Below are positions 20,352 through 30,403 of a stretch of DNA of 64,000 nt, in pieces (within the stretch, counting starts at the first letter, position 1; the number at the start of each line of letters is the position of its first letter). Below the pieces are notes generated by a model. It saw only the letters and a program-made list of their open reading frames with translations, was not told where the DNA came from and did no database searches. This stretch comes from an uncultured Lentisphaerales bacterium (GTDB taxonomy: Bacteria > Verrucomicrobiota > Lentisphaeria > JABSQK01 > UBA12247): NCBI GenBank assembly GCA_943788985.1, contig CALSSJ010000022.1, forward strand, positions 1-64,000. The letters run 5' to 3'. A program made the translations under genes and the position numbers.

Positions 20352-21662
20352 ATGGCTACGACCTGCATTCTCGATACAAATGTGCTTTTGCACGATCCAG
20401 AGGCGCTGGCCTGTTTTGGCGATAGCACGGTCCTGATTCCAGTGGCAGTACTCGAAGAGTTGGACGCCTTTAAGCGCGATGCGACCGAGTTGGGCCGAAA
20501 CGCCCGCCAAGTCACGCAGGCGCTGGATGAGTTGGCTCAAACCGGGAGGCTCGGAGAGGGCGTGGCGCTGCCGGACGGCGGCCTGCTACAGATTCGCCCT
20601 GGTGTCGATGAAGACTTGGTGGGCTGCCACGGCCTCAGCCTAACTCGAAAAGTCGGCCATCAGCTACTGAATCTGGCGCTATATCTCGCCACGCACCGCC
20701 CTGAAACCGCGGTGATCCTGGTGACCAAGAATGTGAACCTGCGGCTGAAAGCTGACGCTCTGGGCATCTTCGCCGAGGACTATGAAGTGGGGAGAAGAGC
20801 GGAGGCGCTGACCGAGCAATACATGGGCTGGCACAGAGTAGACGTGTCTGCAGAATTTGTCGACGCGTTCTATGCCAACGGGAAAGCAAGCCTGGAAATT
20901 CCCGAGGCAGCGCCCGGCGAGTACGCGATTCTGATGGTGGACGGCAAACCGCAGGCCGCCGGAAAAGTGGGAAATGGAGGCATCTACACCACGCAAGCAC
21001 CGGATGACGGGATCTGTGGGATTGAGGCGCGAAATTTTGAACAGCAATGCGCAATCGATGCCTTACTCGATGACTCGATCAAGCTGGTCACGCTGAGCGG
21101 TCGGGCGGGTACCGGAAAAACTTTGGTGGCCGTCGCCGCTGGCCTTCATAAGGTCATTCATGAATCGGTGTACACGAAATTACTGATCTCTCGCCCGACG
21201 CTGCCGATGGGGCGCGACATCGGTTTCATCCCTGGCGACGTCCATGAAAAGATGCGGCCGTGGATCCAACCGTTGTATGATGCGATCGAGTTGATTCGCG
21301 ATCAGGATCGTCGCCGACATCGGCGCACGCTGCCGCCGGACATCATGGAATCAGATGATATTGGCATCGAACCGTTGACCTACATTCGCGGGCGAAGCAT
21401 CCCGAAGCAATTTTTTATCATTGATGAGGCGCAGAATCTTACCCCACACGAGATGAAGACGGTGATCACGCGGGTGGGGCAGAACAGCAAGGTAATCGTT
21501 ACCGGTGACCCAGAGCAGATAGACAACCCGTATGTCGACCTGCATTCTAACGGTTTTTCATATCTGGTGAGTCGCTTTCGGACGCAGCCAATCTCTGCCC
21601 ACATTGTGCTGGTCGCGGGTGAGCGTGGGGAACTTGCGGAGATCGCATCCAGAATCATGTAG
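20352..21662 (+). CDS. PhoH2-type protein: PIN domain + PhoH ATPase
   Basis: ILDTNVLLHDP, VLEELD, LVTKNVNLRLKA, Walker A GRAGTGKT, IRGRS, IIDEAQN, GDPEQID. Confidence 0.93.
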   Translation: MATTCILDTNVLLHDPEALACFGDSTVLIPVAVLEELDAFKRDATELGRNARQVTQALDELAQTGRLGEGVALPDGGLLQIRPGVDEDLVGCHGLSLTRKVGHQLLNLALYLATHRPETAVILVTKNVNLRLKADALGIFAEDYEVGRRAEALTEQYMGWHRVDVSAEFVDAFYANGKASLEIPEAAPGEYAILMVDGKPQAAGKVGNGGIYTTQAPDDGICGIEARNFEQQCAIDALLDDSIKLVTLSGRAGTGKTLVAVAAGLHKVIHESVYTKLLISRPTLPMGRDIGFIPGDVHEKMRPWIQPLYDAIELIRDQDRRRHRRTLPPDIMESDDIGIEPLTYIRGRSIPKQFFIIDEAQNLTPHEMKTVITRVGQNSKVIVTGDPEQIDNPYVDLHSNGFSYLVSRFRTQPISAHIVLVAGERGELAEIASRIM

Positions 21663-21733
21663 CGTTTCAAGCTTGCGGAGTGCTGCCCGGTTCGTACAGT
21701 TACCTTTGGTGATTAGTGAACGGAGGACGGATA

Positions 21734-22402
21734 ATGAGACTGCTATTGAGTTTGATGCTTGTGATTTGTGCAACCTTTGCATACGCGGACGACCCAGACA
21801 TAAGTGACGGGATGAAGGATAAGGGCACGCACGGCGTGGTGAATACGTTCTCCGGCTGGCTGGAATTTCCCCAGCAGATCCGTAAGGGTTATGCCCGTGG
21901 CATCGAGTTGGATCCGGATCGCCCGGCCCTGGCCCGCAGCACAGGTACCTTTCTGGGCTTGTTTCGCGGGGCATCCCACGCGATTGGCCGGACCACGCTG
22001 GGCATCTACCAGCTCGTCGGGTTTTGGAGTGCAGGCCATCCCGACAACGACGAAGTGGGGGTTCCCCTCGACCATGAGTATGGCCATGAATGGGGCAAAC
22101 CCGCCAAAATCGAACAGGACGCGTTGCCGGGCTATTGGGGCCGCAAGGCAGAGCGCGGTGCGGTAAACCTGGCGAAATCACCGATTGAAGTGCCTTATCA
22201 GCTTAAGACCGAGTACCGCCGCACCAACCGGAAAGCCTTTGGCAAGAGCGCCTGGCTGTTCAGTAGCCGTGCGGTTACCGGCATCTACGAACTGGTTACC
22301 TTCCCATTTCCGAGCGCGACCGAGACCGAAGGCTACGCGTTTCCAGAGCGAGAACCCGGCGTGCCATACGATGACTCCCGCGGTGAAGTGCTGGACAAAT
22401 AG
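21734..22402 (+). CDS. Exported protein with two tandem TIGR04073-like (exosortase-associated) domains
   Basis: Signal peptide; repeat 1 KGTHGVVNTFSGWLEFPQQI...RTTLGIYQLVGF; repeat 2 KAERGAVNLAKSPIEVPYQL...RAVTGIYELVTFPFP. Confidence 0.65.
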   Translation: MRLLLSLMLVICATFAYADDPDISDGMKDKGTHGVVNTFSGWLEFPQQIRKGYARGIELDPDRPALARSTGTFLGLFRGASHAIGRTTLGIYQLVGFWSAGHPDNDEVGVPLDHEYGHEWGKPAKIEQDALPGYWGRKAERGAVNLAKSPIEVPYQLKTEYRRTNRKAFGKSAWLFSSRAVTGIYELVTFPFPSATETEGYAFPEREPGVPYDDSRGEVLDK

Positions 22403-22427
22403 TCCGCCTCCCCGAGAACCAGCACTC

Positions 22428-23411
22428 ATGTATGCCCTAAAGTTTGCGCCAATTTATAAGGCCAAGGTCTGGGGCGGACGACGCCTCGAGCTGCTCGGAC
22501 GAGACCTTCCCTATGGCCCAATCGGCGAGTCATGGGAATTGGTGGACGTGGCCGAAACCACAGCTAGTGGCGGAGGCGGCGGTGCCGCCCATTCGGTCGT
22601 CAGCAACGGCCCGCTACGAGGTCGCACGCTGCGTGACCTGCTGTGTGTTCATCAAGAATCACTTCTTGGCCCTGCCAGGGCCTGGCGGGATGGTGGTTTT
22701 CCGCTGCTGGTCAAGTTGCTGGATGCGAACGAGCACCTGTCGGTACAAGTGCATCCCAGCCCAGCATACGCAGCGCAGCACCTGAATGCGCGCCTCAAAA
22801 GCGAAGCTTGGTACATCATCGCAGCTAAACCCGGTGCAGTCCTCTACGTGGGAATGAAGCCCGGCGTCACAGCAGCTGACCTTCGTAGCGCCATCGCCGA
22901 CAATACGGTACCAGAGTTAATGCTGGTGGTTCCGGCGATCCCTGGAGAATGCCACTATCTGCCGAGTGGGACCTGCCACGCTCTAGGGGCGGGGATTTTG
23001 GTGGCAGAGGTTCAGACGCCCAGCGACACCACCTTTCGCGTCTACGACTGGGGGCGCACAGACCGAGAGTTGCACGTAGAACAGGCGTTAGCCTGCATTA
23101 ACTTCTCGGACGAGCTACCCGCAGATGAACCAGTCGAACCGGTGAACCAATTGGGCGACGTCACTCCGCTGGTCAACTCTGAATACTTTTGCTGGGAACG
23201 CATTGTGCTAGCAGCTGGCTCGTACGAGCATCCTGAGATTGTTGCCCCGGCTGTCTGGATGATCCTAGACGGTGCAGGCGCGATTTCCTGCGGCGGGGTC
23301 AACACCGAGTTCTCGCTAGGCGACACGGTACTTATTCCGGCAACACAAATCGACGCTCTGGCCTGCGCCGCAGACGTAACGGTGCTTTCTGCGGCACTAC
23401 CACTAGCCTAG
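22428..23411 (+). CDS. manA: Mannose-6-phosphate isomerase, class I
   Basis: KVWGGRRL, IGESWE, FPLLVKLLDA, LSVQVHP, KSEAWY, GTCHALG, EVQTPSDTTFRVYDW. Confidence 0.9.
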   Translation: MYALKFAPIYKAKVWGGRRLELLGRDLPYGPIGESWELVDVAETTASGGGGGAAHSVVSNGPLRGRTLRDLLCVHQESLLGPARAWRDGGFPLLVKLLDANEHLSVQVHPSPAYAAQHLNARLKSEAWYIIAAKPGAVLYVGMKPGVTAADLRSAIADNTVPELMLVVPAIPGECHYLPSGTCHALGAGILVAEVQTPSDTTFRVYDWGRTDRELHVEQALACINFSDELPADEPVEPVNQLGDVTPLVNSEYFCWERIVLAAGSYEHPEIVAPAVWMILDGAGAISCGGVNTEFSLGDTVLIPATQIDALACAADVTVLSAALPLA

Positions 23412-23418
23412 GAGCCTG

Positions 23419-24765
23419 CTAGACGATTCCCTGCGCAAGCACGGCGTCTGCCACCTTGACGAAGCCGCCGATGTTTGCGCCAGTGAGATAGTCTACCTGA
23501 TCGCCATCACCGCCGAATTCCACGCAGCGATCGTGGATCTTGTGCATGATATCGCGCAGCCGGTTGTCTACTTCTTCCGCGGGCCAGGACAGCCGCATGC
23601 TGTTTTGGGTCATTTCCAGCCCTGATACTGTGACGCCGCCAGCATTAGCAGCTTTTCCAGGGGCAAAGAGCACGCCCTTAGATCGGAACCGGGCAATGGC
23701 TTCAAGCGTACTGGGCATATTCGCGCCTTCGCACACGAGCCGACAGCCTAACTTGATCATGGTGGATGCATCCTCGGCATTGACCTCGTTCTGCGTGGCG
23801 CAGGGAAAGGCGACGTCGCAAGGCACCGCCCATGGCCGCGCATGGGCATGGAAGGTCGATCCAGGGAACGCCTCCGCATAGGCGGCCATACGTCCTCGCT
23901 GCTCGTTCTTGTGCTCCTTGATCCAGGCGAGTTTCTCCACCGTGATCCCAGTGGGATCGAGAATAAAGCCTCCCGAGTCTGATGCGGTCAGCGGGATGCC
24001 GCCAAGATGGAGGATCTTCTCAATGGCGTGCTGTGCCACATTTCCGGAGCCGGAGACGACACAGCGCTTTCCTGCGAGCCCTTCACCCACGTGCTCCAGA
24101 ACACTCTGGGCAAAGTAGACACAGCCATAGCCCGTGGCTTCCGGGCGGATCAGGCTCCCACCCAACTCCAATCCTTTGCCAGTGAGTACGCCGACAAAGC
24201 GGTTTCGCATGCGTTTGTATTGGCCGAACATGAAGTTCACCTCGCGTCGGCCCACACCGATGTCGCCAGCGGGCACGTCAGTCTCAGGGCCAATGTAGCG
24301 TTCAAGCTGAGTCATAAAGGCCTGGCAAAAGCGCATCACCTCGCGATCAGACTTGCCCTTGGGATTGAAGTTCGCGCCGCCCTTTCCGCCTCCCATCGGC
24401 AGGGTGGACAGGCTGTTTTTGAACGTCTGCTCAAACCCAAGGAACTTCAGAATACTCAGATTCACGCTGGGGTGAAAGCGGAGGCCCCCTTTGTAGGGGC
24501 CAATGGCGTTACAGAACTGCACGCGAAACCCGCGGTTGGCCCGAATGTTGCCCTTGTCGTCTTCCCAAGACACCCGAAACGACACGACTCGGTCCGGCTC
24601 GGTTAGCCGCTCAAGCACGTAGCCATCGATATATTTCCGATGATCCATCACGTAAGGCATGACGGTGTTCACGAATTCCCGCACTGCCTGGTGAAACTCC
24701 ACCTCTCCGGGGTTCCTGCGAATCAGTCCCTTCATGAAGGAATCGGTACGTTCGGTGGCAGTCAT
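23419..24765 (-). CDS. gdhA: NADP-specific glutamate dehydrogenase
   Basis: EFHQAVRE, GPYKGGLRFHP, GGGKGG, DVPAGDIGVG, RPEATGYG, SGSGNVA, EGANMP. Confidence 0.96.
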   Translation of the reverse strand: MTATERTDSFMKGLIRRNPGEVEFHQAVREFVNTVMPYVMDHRKYIDGYVLERLTEPDRVVSFRVSWEDDKGNIRANRGFRVQFCNAIGPYKGGLRFHPSVNLSILKFLGFEQTFKNSLSTLPMGGGKGGANFNPKGKSDREVMRFCQAFMTQLERYIGPETDVPAGDIGVGRREVNFMFGQYKRMRNRFVGVLTGKGLELGGSLIRPEATGYGCVYFAQSVLEHVGEGLAGKRCVVSGSGNVAQHAIEKILHLGGIPLTASDSGGFILDPTGITVEKLAWIKEHKNEQRGRMAAYAEAFPGSTFHAHARPWAVPCDVAFPCATQNEVNAEDASTMIKLGCRLVCEGANMPSTLEAIARFRSKGVLFAPGKAANAGGVTVSGLEMTQNSMRLSWPAEEVDNRLRDIMHKIHDRCVEFGGDGDQVDYLTGANIGGFVKVADAVLAQGIV

Positions 24766-24901
24766 GGCAATGCTCCAGTGCGGCTGTGAGGTTCAAAAAG
24801 CGGTCTGCTGTTAGTTAATGGTCCGCCGGACTGGATCAATGTCAAGAATTCGCGCATTATTTCTTGGATATCCGGAAAGCGTGTACAGGTTGCCACTTTT
24901 C

Positions 24902-24919
24902 TGTTTGATATATCAAACA
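24902..24919. promoter_or_regulatory. Perfect 18-bp palindromic operator upstream of the Fe3+ ABC operon
   Basis: TGTTTGATA-TATCAAACA, AT-rich, about 50 bp before the start codon. Confidence 0.65.
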
Positions 24920-24969
24920 ACTGCAATACAATTCAATCCAACGAGTGAGACTATTGACAGATGTTCCCT

Positions 24970-25992
24970 ATGCGTAACCTACTCTTTATCTGTATTTCCC
25001 TAGTGCTTTTTGGGTGCTCCAAGCCATCGGCGACGCCTGCGGCAGAGATTACGGTCTACACCCACCGGCATTATCCCGCTGACCAGGCACTATTCGACGC
25101 GTTCTCCCGAGAGAGCGGTATTACGGTAAACGTGCTCAAAGCCAAGGCCGATGAGTTGATCAAACGCCTCGAGATCGAGGGTGCGGAATCCGCAGCGGAC
25201 GTCCTGATCACGGTAGACGCCGGCCGCTTGGTGCGCGCCAAAGAGAAGGGGCTTCTCCAGGCAGTCCAGTCGGATACCATCTCAGAGCGGATTCCGGCGG
25301 CGATGCAGGATCCAGACTCGCAGTGGTTTGCCCTCACAAAACGCGCACGCGTCTTGGTGTATGCCAAGGACCGCGTGGATGTAGCCACATTGAGCAGCTA
25401 CGAGTCGCTCATGGATGAGCAATGGCGCGGGAGGATTCTCGTGCGTTCTTCGCAGAACATCTACAACCAATCTTTGCTTGCTTCGATCACCCACCATCAC
25501 GGTGGGGAGGCCGCAGAAGCGTGGGCCAAGGCAGTTGTGGCCAACATGGCCCGTACGCCCAAGGGAAACGATCGCGACCAGATCCGGGCCGTTGCCGCTG
25601 GGAAAGGTGACCTGGCCATCGTGAATACCTACTATCTCGGCCTGTTGCTCAATGCGGATGATCCAGCAGACCAGGCTCTTGCCGGACACATGGGCGTCTT
25701 TTTCCCCAATCAGGGCGATCGCGGCACCCACATCAACGTCAGCGGGATCGGCGTCACGGCACACGCTCCCAATCGTGAAGGGGCGATCAAGCTGATCGAA
25801 TTTCTGGCGCGCAAAGACTCCCAGGAAGTATTTGCCCAGTCCAACTACGAATACCCGGTAAACCCGCAGGCTCAGGCAGGCGAGTTGCTTCAATCTTGGG
25901 GCGAGTTCAAGAGCGACACGGTCCCACTCACGCTTCTGGGCGAGTTGAACACCGAGGCCGCGCAAACCTTCGATCGCGCCGGCTGGCGGTGA
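24970..25992 (+). CDS. Fe(3+) ABC transporter substrate-binding lipoprotein (FutA/FbpA)
   Basis: Lipobox LFGC; YTHRHY, DVLITVDAGRL, RSSQNIYNQSL, PKGNDRDQI, NTYY, NYEYP. Confidence 0.92.
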   Translation: MRNLLFICISLVLFGCSKPSATPAAEITVYTHRHYPADQALFDAFSRESGITVNVLKAKADELIKRLEIEGAESAADVLITVDAGRLVRAKEKGLLQAVQSDTISERIPAAMQDPDSQWFALTKRARVLVYAKDRVDVATLSSYESLMDEQWRGRILVRSSQNIYNQSLLASITHHHGGEAAEAWAKAVVANMARTPKGNDRDQIRAVAAGKGDLAIVNTYYLGLLLNADDPADQALAGHMGVFFPNQGDRGTHINVSGIGVTAHAPNREGAIKLIEFLARKDSQEVFAQSNYEYPVNPQAQAGELLQSWGEFKSDTVPLTLLGELNTEAAQTFDRAGWR

Positions 25993-27602
25993 ACGTTGCG
26001 GTCGCGCCCGCCGCAGGCTACCCACGGTGGCGGCAGCGGCTGTCCCCTTGGTCTGTGGGGGCTGCCGCTATGATAAGCGTCCTGCTGGTGCCCATTGCGG
26101 TGGTGGCGCTCAGCATGTTGGGCCGCTCCTCTCCGACCTGGCAGCACATCTGCGACACTGTCCTGACCACCTATCTGTGGAACACAGCGCTGCTAGTTGC
26201 AGGCGTAGGGGCTTGCACGCTGGTGATCGGCGTTTCCTGTGCCTGGTTGGTTACGTTCTACCGCTTTCCAGGTCGCGCCGTTCTGTCCTGGGCGCTGGTT
26301 TTGCCGTTTGCGATCCCCACCTACATCGCCGCCTACTGCTATGCCGACCTGCAGGATTTGGTGGGGGTGGATATGATGAATCTTCCGGGCGCAATCTTGG
26401 TGGTGAGCTTGGTGCTCTATCCCTATGTCTATCTGATCACATGCAGCACGCTCCAGGGGCAGTCCGGGCGCATCTTGGAATCTTCCCAGAGCCTGGGCCG
26501 GGGCGCCGCCTACTCGTTCTGGCGATTAGGATTCCCCATAGCACGCCCGGCAATCGTGGGCGGCATGACCCTAGTGACGATGGAGGTCCTGAACGAATAC
26601 GGAGCGGTTCACTACTACGGTGTGGACACCTTTACCACCGGGATTTTTAAGGTCTGGTACGGCATGGACGACACCCAGGGCGCGATGCGCCTGGCGGCCA
26701 CATTGATGATGCTGGTGCTGGCGCTACTGTTGCTGGAACGGCTGCAGCGAGGGCGCAAACAATTCACCACCTGCGGCAGCGACTATCGCCCCTGCATGCC
26801 AGGTCAATTACGCGGTTCGGTGAGCTGGCTGGCGGCAGGCTGGTGCACCTTACCAGTCTTGCTCGGCTTTCTGTTTCCCGTAGGCCAACTGCTGATCTGG
26901 CTGAAACAAAGCGGAGCTTCGTCGTTTGGCGCTGGCTTTGCGAAGATCGCAGGGCAGAGCTTTGTCTTAGCCAGCTGCGCAGCGCTCACAACGGTGATCG
27001 TGGCTGTGATCCTGGCCTACACCGTCCGTCTCCACCGCAGCCGCCTAATCACTGCGTTATCCAAGGCATCTGCCCTCGGCTACTCGATGCCCGGCGCGGT
27101 TATCGCGATCGGCGTGATGGTGACAGTCGTCGCTGCCGACCGAGGTGTGTTGCGACATGTGGCGGGGTTCTTCGGCGCCAAGCCAGGGTTGATTCTCACC
27201 AGCTCCATCGTCGTGCTGCTGTTCGCCTACGTACTCCGCTATCTGACGGTTGCCGTAAACCCGATAGAGGCGGGCTTCGAACGCCTCTGCGGCTCTATGG
27301 ACGAAGCCTCCAGAGCGCTCGGGCACTCCCCGCTCAAGACCCTGCTGCAGGTGAACTTGCCACTGGCAAAGAGCACTCTCATTGCTGCTGCGCTGCTGGT
27401 GTTTGTGGACGTGCTCAAAGAGCTGCCACTTACCTTGATCCTGCGCCCGACCAATTTCGAAACCCTAGCGACTAAGACCTTCGAACTCGCAGGTGAAGAG
27501 ATGATTGCGCAGTCCGCAATTGGTGCTCTGCTAATCGTAGCGACTGGCATTGTCCCGATCCTGATCCTCGACCGGCTGCTCTGCAGCAAGCGCCCGACGT
27601 GA
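25989..27602 (+). CDS. Fe(3+) ABC transporter permease (FbpB/FutB)
   Basis: Duplicated permease domains: LYPYVYL, RPAIVGG, MEVLNEYG; GYSMPGAVIA, DVLKELP, LRPTNFETLA; GTGA overlap. Confidence 0.92.
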   Translation: MNVAVAPAAGYPRWRQRLSPWSVGAAAMISVLLVPIAVVALSMLGRSSPTWQHICDTVLTTYLWNTALLVAGVGACTLVIGVSCAWLVTFYRFPGRAVLSWALVLPFAIPTYIAAYCYADLQDLVGVDMMNLPGAILVVSLVLYPYVYLITCSTLQGQSGRILESSQSLGRGAAYSFWRLGFPIARPAIVGGMTLVTMEVLNEYGAVHYYGVDTFTTGIFKVWYGMDDTQGAMRLAATLMMLVLALLLLERLQRGRKQFTTCGSDYRPCMPGQLRGSVSWLAAGWCTLPVLLGFLFPVGQLLIWLKQSGASSFGAGFAKIAGQSFVLASCAALTTVIVAVILAYTVRLHRSRLITALSKASALGYSMPGAVIAIGVMVTVVAADRGVLRHVAGFFGAKPGLILTSSIVVLLFAYVLRYLTVAVNPIEAGFERLCGSMDEASRALGHSPLKTLLQVNLPLAKSTLIAAALLVFVDVLKELPLTLILRPTNFETLATKTFELAGEEMIAQSAIGALLIVATGIVPILILDRLLCSKRPT

Positions 27603-28636
27603 GCGCGGCCCTCGTCCTCCGCGACGTCACCAAGCAATTTCGCAACGCCGAACACGCAGCCGTCGCGAATGTCTCGCTAGAGGTCTCCGTAGGCGAAGTG
27701 ATCACGATTCTGGGCGAGAGCGGTGGCGGGAAGTCCACACTCTTGCGTTTGATCGGTGGTTTTGAGCTGCCGGATTTAGGTGAGATCCTGCTGAACGGAG
27801 AGACTCTGAACAGTCCGCAGATGTTCTGCGCGCCAGAGTCGCGGGGGATCAGCATGGTGTTTCAAGGGCATTCGCTCTTTCCCCACATGACGGTGCGGGA
27901 CAACATCGCCTACGGACTCCATCGGATGAAATCCAGCGCGCGGGATCAGGAGATCGAGCGAATGCTCACGCTGACCGAGTTGTCCGGCTTGCAGCAGCGC
28001 TACCCACATGAGCTATCCGGCGGCCAACAGCAACGCGTCGCGATCGCCCGCTCTCTAGCCCCAAAACCAAGCGTGATGCTCTTGGACGAGCCGTTCAGTA
28101 GTTTGGATCGCACACTGGCAACCCAGATTCGCAACGACCTAGCAGATCTGATGCGGCGCAGCGGTGCGACCACGTTGTGGGTTACGCACACGACCGAGGA
28201 CGCCATGGCGATCAGTGATCGCATCGCGGTGATGCATCAGGGGCGATTGGTCCAACTTGGCACTCCGGAGTCAGTTTTCTGCCGTCCGCAGACCCGGTAC
28301 GTCGCCGAGTTATTGGGTCCGGCCAATCTGCTGCGCGTGCAGCAGCAGGATGGCCAGCGATTCTGCCCGGCGTTGGCCGCGATGGTGGAGACCGAGTTGC
28401 CCACGCCCACACATGCTGTGGTACGACCAGATGACATCGTTTGCGAACTCCGCAAAGACGGGCCAGCCACCGTGCGGCGGACCGCTTTCCAAGGCACGTT
28501 TATGGAGCTAACAGTCGACAGCGCCAGCGAGCAGGTGCGGGTCCACTACCGCGGGCCGGAACGTTTCGCGGTTGGCGATTCTGTGGCGCTGTCTGCCCCA
28601 GCCCAGCGGGTCTGGGTAATTTCGGATCCGGGCTAG
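27599..28636 (+). CDS. Fe(3+) ABC transporter ATP-binding protein (FbpC/FutC)
   Basis: GESGGGKST, LSGGQQQRVA, LLDEP; C-terminal TOBE-like segment. Confidence 0.92.
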   Translation: MSAALVLRDVTKQFRNAEHAAVANVSLEVSVGEVITILGESGGGKSTLLRLIGGFELPDLGEILLNGETLNSPQMFCAPESRGISMVFQGHSLFPHMTVRDNIAYGLHRMKSSARDQEIERMLTLTELSGLQQRYPHELSGGQQQRVAIARSLAPKPSVMLLDEPFSSLDRTLATQIRNDLADLMRRSGATTLWVTHTTEDAMAISDRIAVMHQGRLVQLGTPESVFCRPQTRYVAELLGPANLLRVQQQDGQRFCPALAAMVETELPTPTHAVVRPDDIVCELRKDGPATVRRTAFQGTFMELTVDSASEQVRVHYRGPERFAVGDSVALSAPAQRVWVISDPG

Positions 28637-28645
28637 CCGAGCGGC

Positions 28646-29998
28646 TTATTCCGGGCCGGTACTGCCAAACCAATAAGGCTTAGGCTTGACGCCCTTGGCG
28701 TCCAGTTCGTCCAGCAACGGCGTCACCAGGTCCCAGGCTACCGCCAGCTCATCATCGCGAATAAAAAGGCTACGATCGCCGCGTACCACCTCAAGCAGCA
28801 GACGCTCGTAGGCCTCGGGGACTACTTCGTCGAATTCCTCACGGTATAGCAGGTCCAGCTTGACCTCTGCTAGGCTCCGGGCGTGGCCTGGGCGCTTGTT
28901 CGTAATGTATAGCTCGATCGCTTCATCAGGCTGCACCCGAATCACGAGGCGGTTCGCCGTGGAGCCGTGCTTGCTGTAGATAGAATACGGGACATCACGA
29001 AACTGAATCACGATCTCGGTCCGGGAGCCGGACAACGCCTTGCCAGCTTCCAGGTGAAATGGCACGCCGTGCCAACGAGGATTGGTCCCATGCAACGTGG
29101 TGCGCGCGTAGGTCTCGGTCCGAGACTTGGCTGGCACGCCATCTTCTTCGGCATAGCCAACGTACTGCCCCACCAAGGTGTCCTCCAAAGCCGCCGGGGC
29201 CAAGCCGCACAGCATCTTCACCTTTTCATCGCAGATGTGCTCGGCGTCGAGCCGCAATGGCTGCTCCATGCCCACCAGGGCCACGATTTGCAGCAGATGA
29301 TTCTGCAGCACGTCGCGGATGATCCCGTAGTTATCGAAATACCCGGCGCGGCCTTCGCAGCCAATCTCCTCGCTCCATGAGATGGAGATCGACTCGATGT
29401 GCTCGCGGTTCCAAATTGGCTCGAAAATACGATTCGCAAAGCGAATGACCATTAAGTTTTGGATAACTTCCTTGCCAAGATAGTGATCGATTCGGTAGAT
29501 CTGTTCCTCGTCAAAGATGCTAGCCATTGCTTCGTTCAGCTCGGCAGACGAGCGGCTATCGCGCCCGAATGGCTTCTCCAGCACCACGCGTAACCAGGCG
29601 TTGTCGTTGTCGTCCCAGTGTGCCCCGATGGCCTTCGCAGTCTGGACAAATATCGACGGCGGAATCGCCATGTAGAAGAGCGTGTTTGCACCAGGCATGG
29701 CCTCGTGCACGATCTCCCGCAGCCGCTCAAAATCTTCGCAGCTGTCGTAGTGTCCCTGGACGTACCGGCACAGTGTTGCGAACTCCGCAACGCGCGGCTC
29801 GTCGCCGACCTTCTCCCGAACGAGCGCCTGAAATTCCTGATCCGACATCTCGCTGCGTGCAAAACCGAAAATGGCGCACTCTGTGGGCAGTTGATCATGC
29901 ACAAAGAGTGAGTACAGGGCAGGCAGCAGCTTGCGTTTGGAAAGGTCGCCTGATGCGCCAACGATGATGATGGAGCAAGGTGCGTCTCGGTAGCTCAT
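28646..29998 (-). CDS. zwf: Glucose-6-phosphate 1-dehydrogenase
   Basis: GASGDLSKRKL, EKPFG, RIDHYLGKE, RDVLQNHLLQ, EAYERLL. Confidence 0.96.
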   Translation of the reverse strand: MSYRDAPCSIIIVGASGDLSKRKLLPALYSLFVHDQLPTECAIFGFARSEMSDQEFQALVREKVGDEPRVAEFATLCRYVQGHYDSCEDFERLREIVHEAMPGANTLFYMAIPPSIFVQTAKAIGAHWDDNDNAWLRVVLEKPFGRDSRSSAELNEAMASIFDEEQIYRIDHYLGKEVIQNLMVIRFANRIFEPIWNREHIESISISWSEEIGCEGRAGYFDNYGIIRDVLQNHLLQIVALVGMEQPLRLDAEHICDEKVKMLCGLAPAALEDTLVGQYVGYAEEDGVPAKSRTETYARTTLHGTNPRWHGVPFHLEAGKALSGSRTEIVIQFRDVPYSIYSKHGSTANRLVIRVQPDEAIELYITNKRPGHARSLAEVKLDLLYREEFDEVVPEAYERLLLEVVRGDRSLFIRDDELAVAWDLVTPLLDELDAKGVKPKPYWFGSTGPE

Positions 29999-30018
29999 TT
30001 GGGGCTCAACAGTCGCGG

Positions 30019-30177
30019 TTATTGCTTGGAGAAGAGGTCTGTCTCCGCATCACATTCCGGGCAGACCCAGCTGTCCGGTAGATCAGAGAATGCTGTACCG
30101 GCGGCCACGCCGCCGCCTGGATCGCCCACTTCGGGGTCGTAAAGGTAGCCACAAACGTCGCAGATGTAAATGTCCAT
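30019..30177 (-). CDS. Rubredoxin (52 aa; below the ORF-track cutoff)
   Basis: [60 protein letters not shown]. Confidence 0.95.
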   Translation of the reverse strand: MDIYICDVCGYLYDPEVGDPGGGVAAGTAFSDLPDSWVCPECDAETDLFSKQ

Positions 30178-30335
30178 TGATTCTTCTCCTAGTGATTGAT
30201 CGGTATTAGCAGCCTGGCCGGCCTGGGGGCGTTCCGCGATACTCTACAGCCCGTGGAGAGAGAGGGAAGTCGAATACTTGGCGATCAGCGTTCAATCGGG
30301 GGAGACTTCCAGAAATTCCTGACAGAAAGCCTATG

Positions 30336-30363
30336 TTGCATTTCTAAGGCTGTGGTCTATAAT
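30336..30363 (+). promoter_or_regulatory. Sigma70-like promoter for the lipoprotein-SPFH-kinase cluster
   Basis: TTGCAT-16 bp-TATAAT. Confidence 0.5.
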
Positions 30364-30403
30364 TTTTATATAAAGTCCGCTTCACCGTTTGCCTAGGATT
30401 GAC

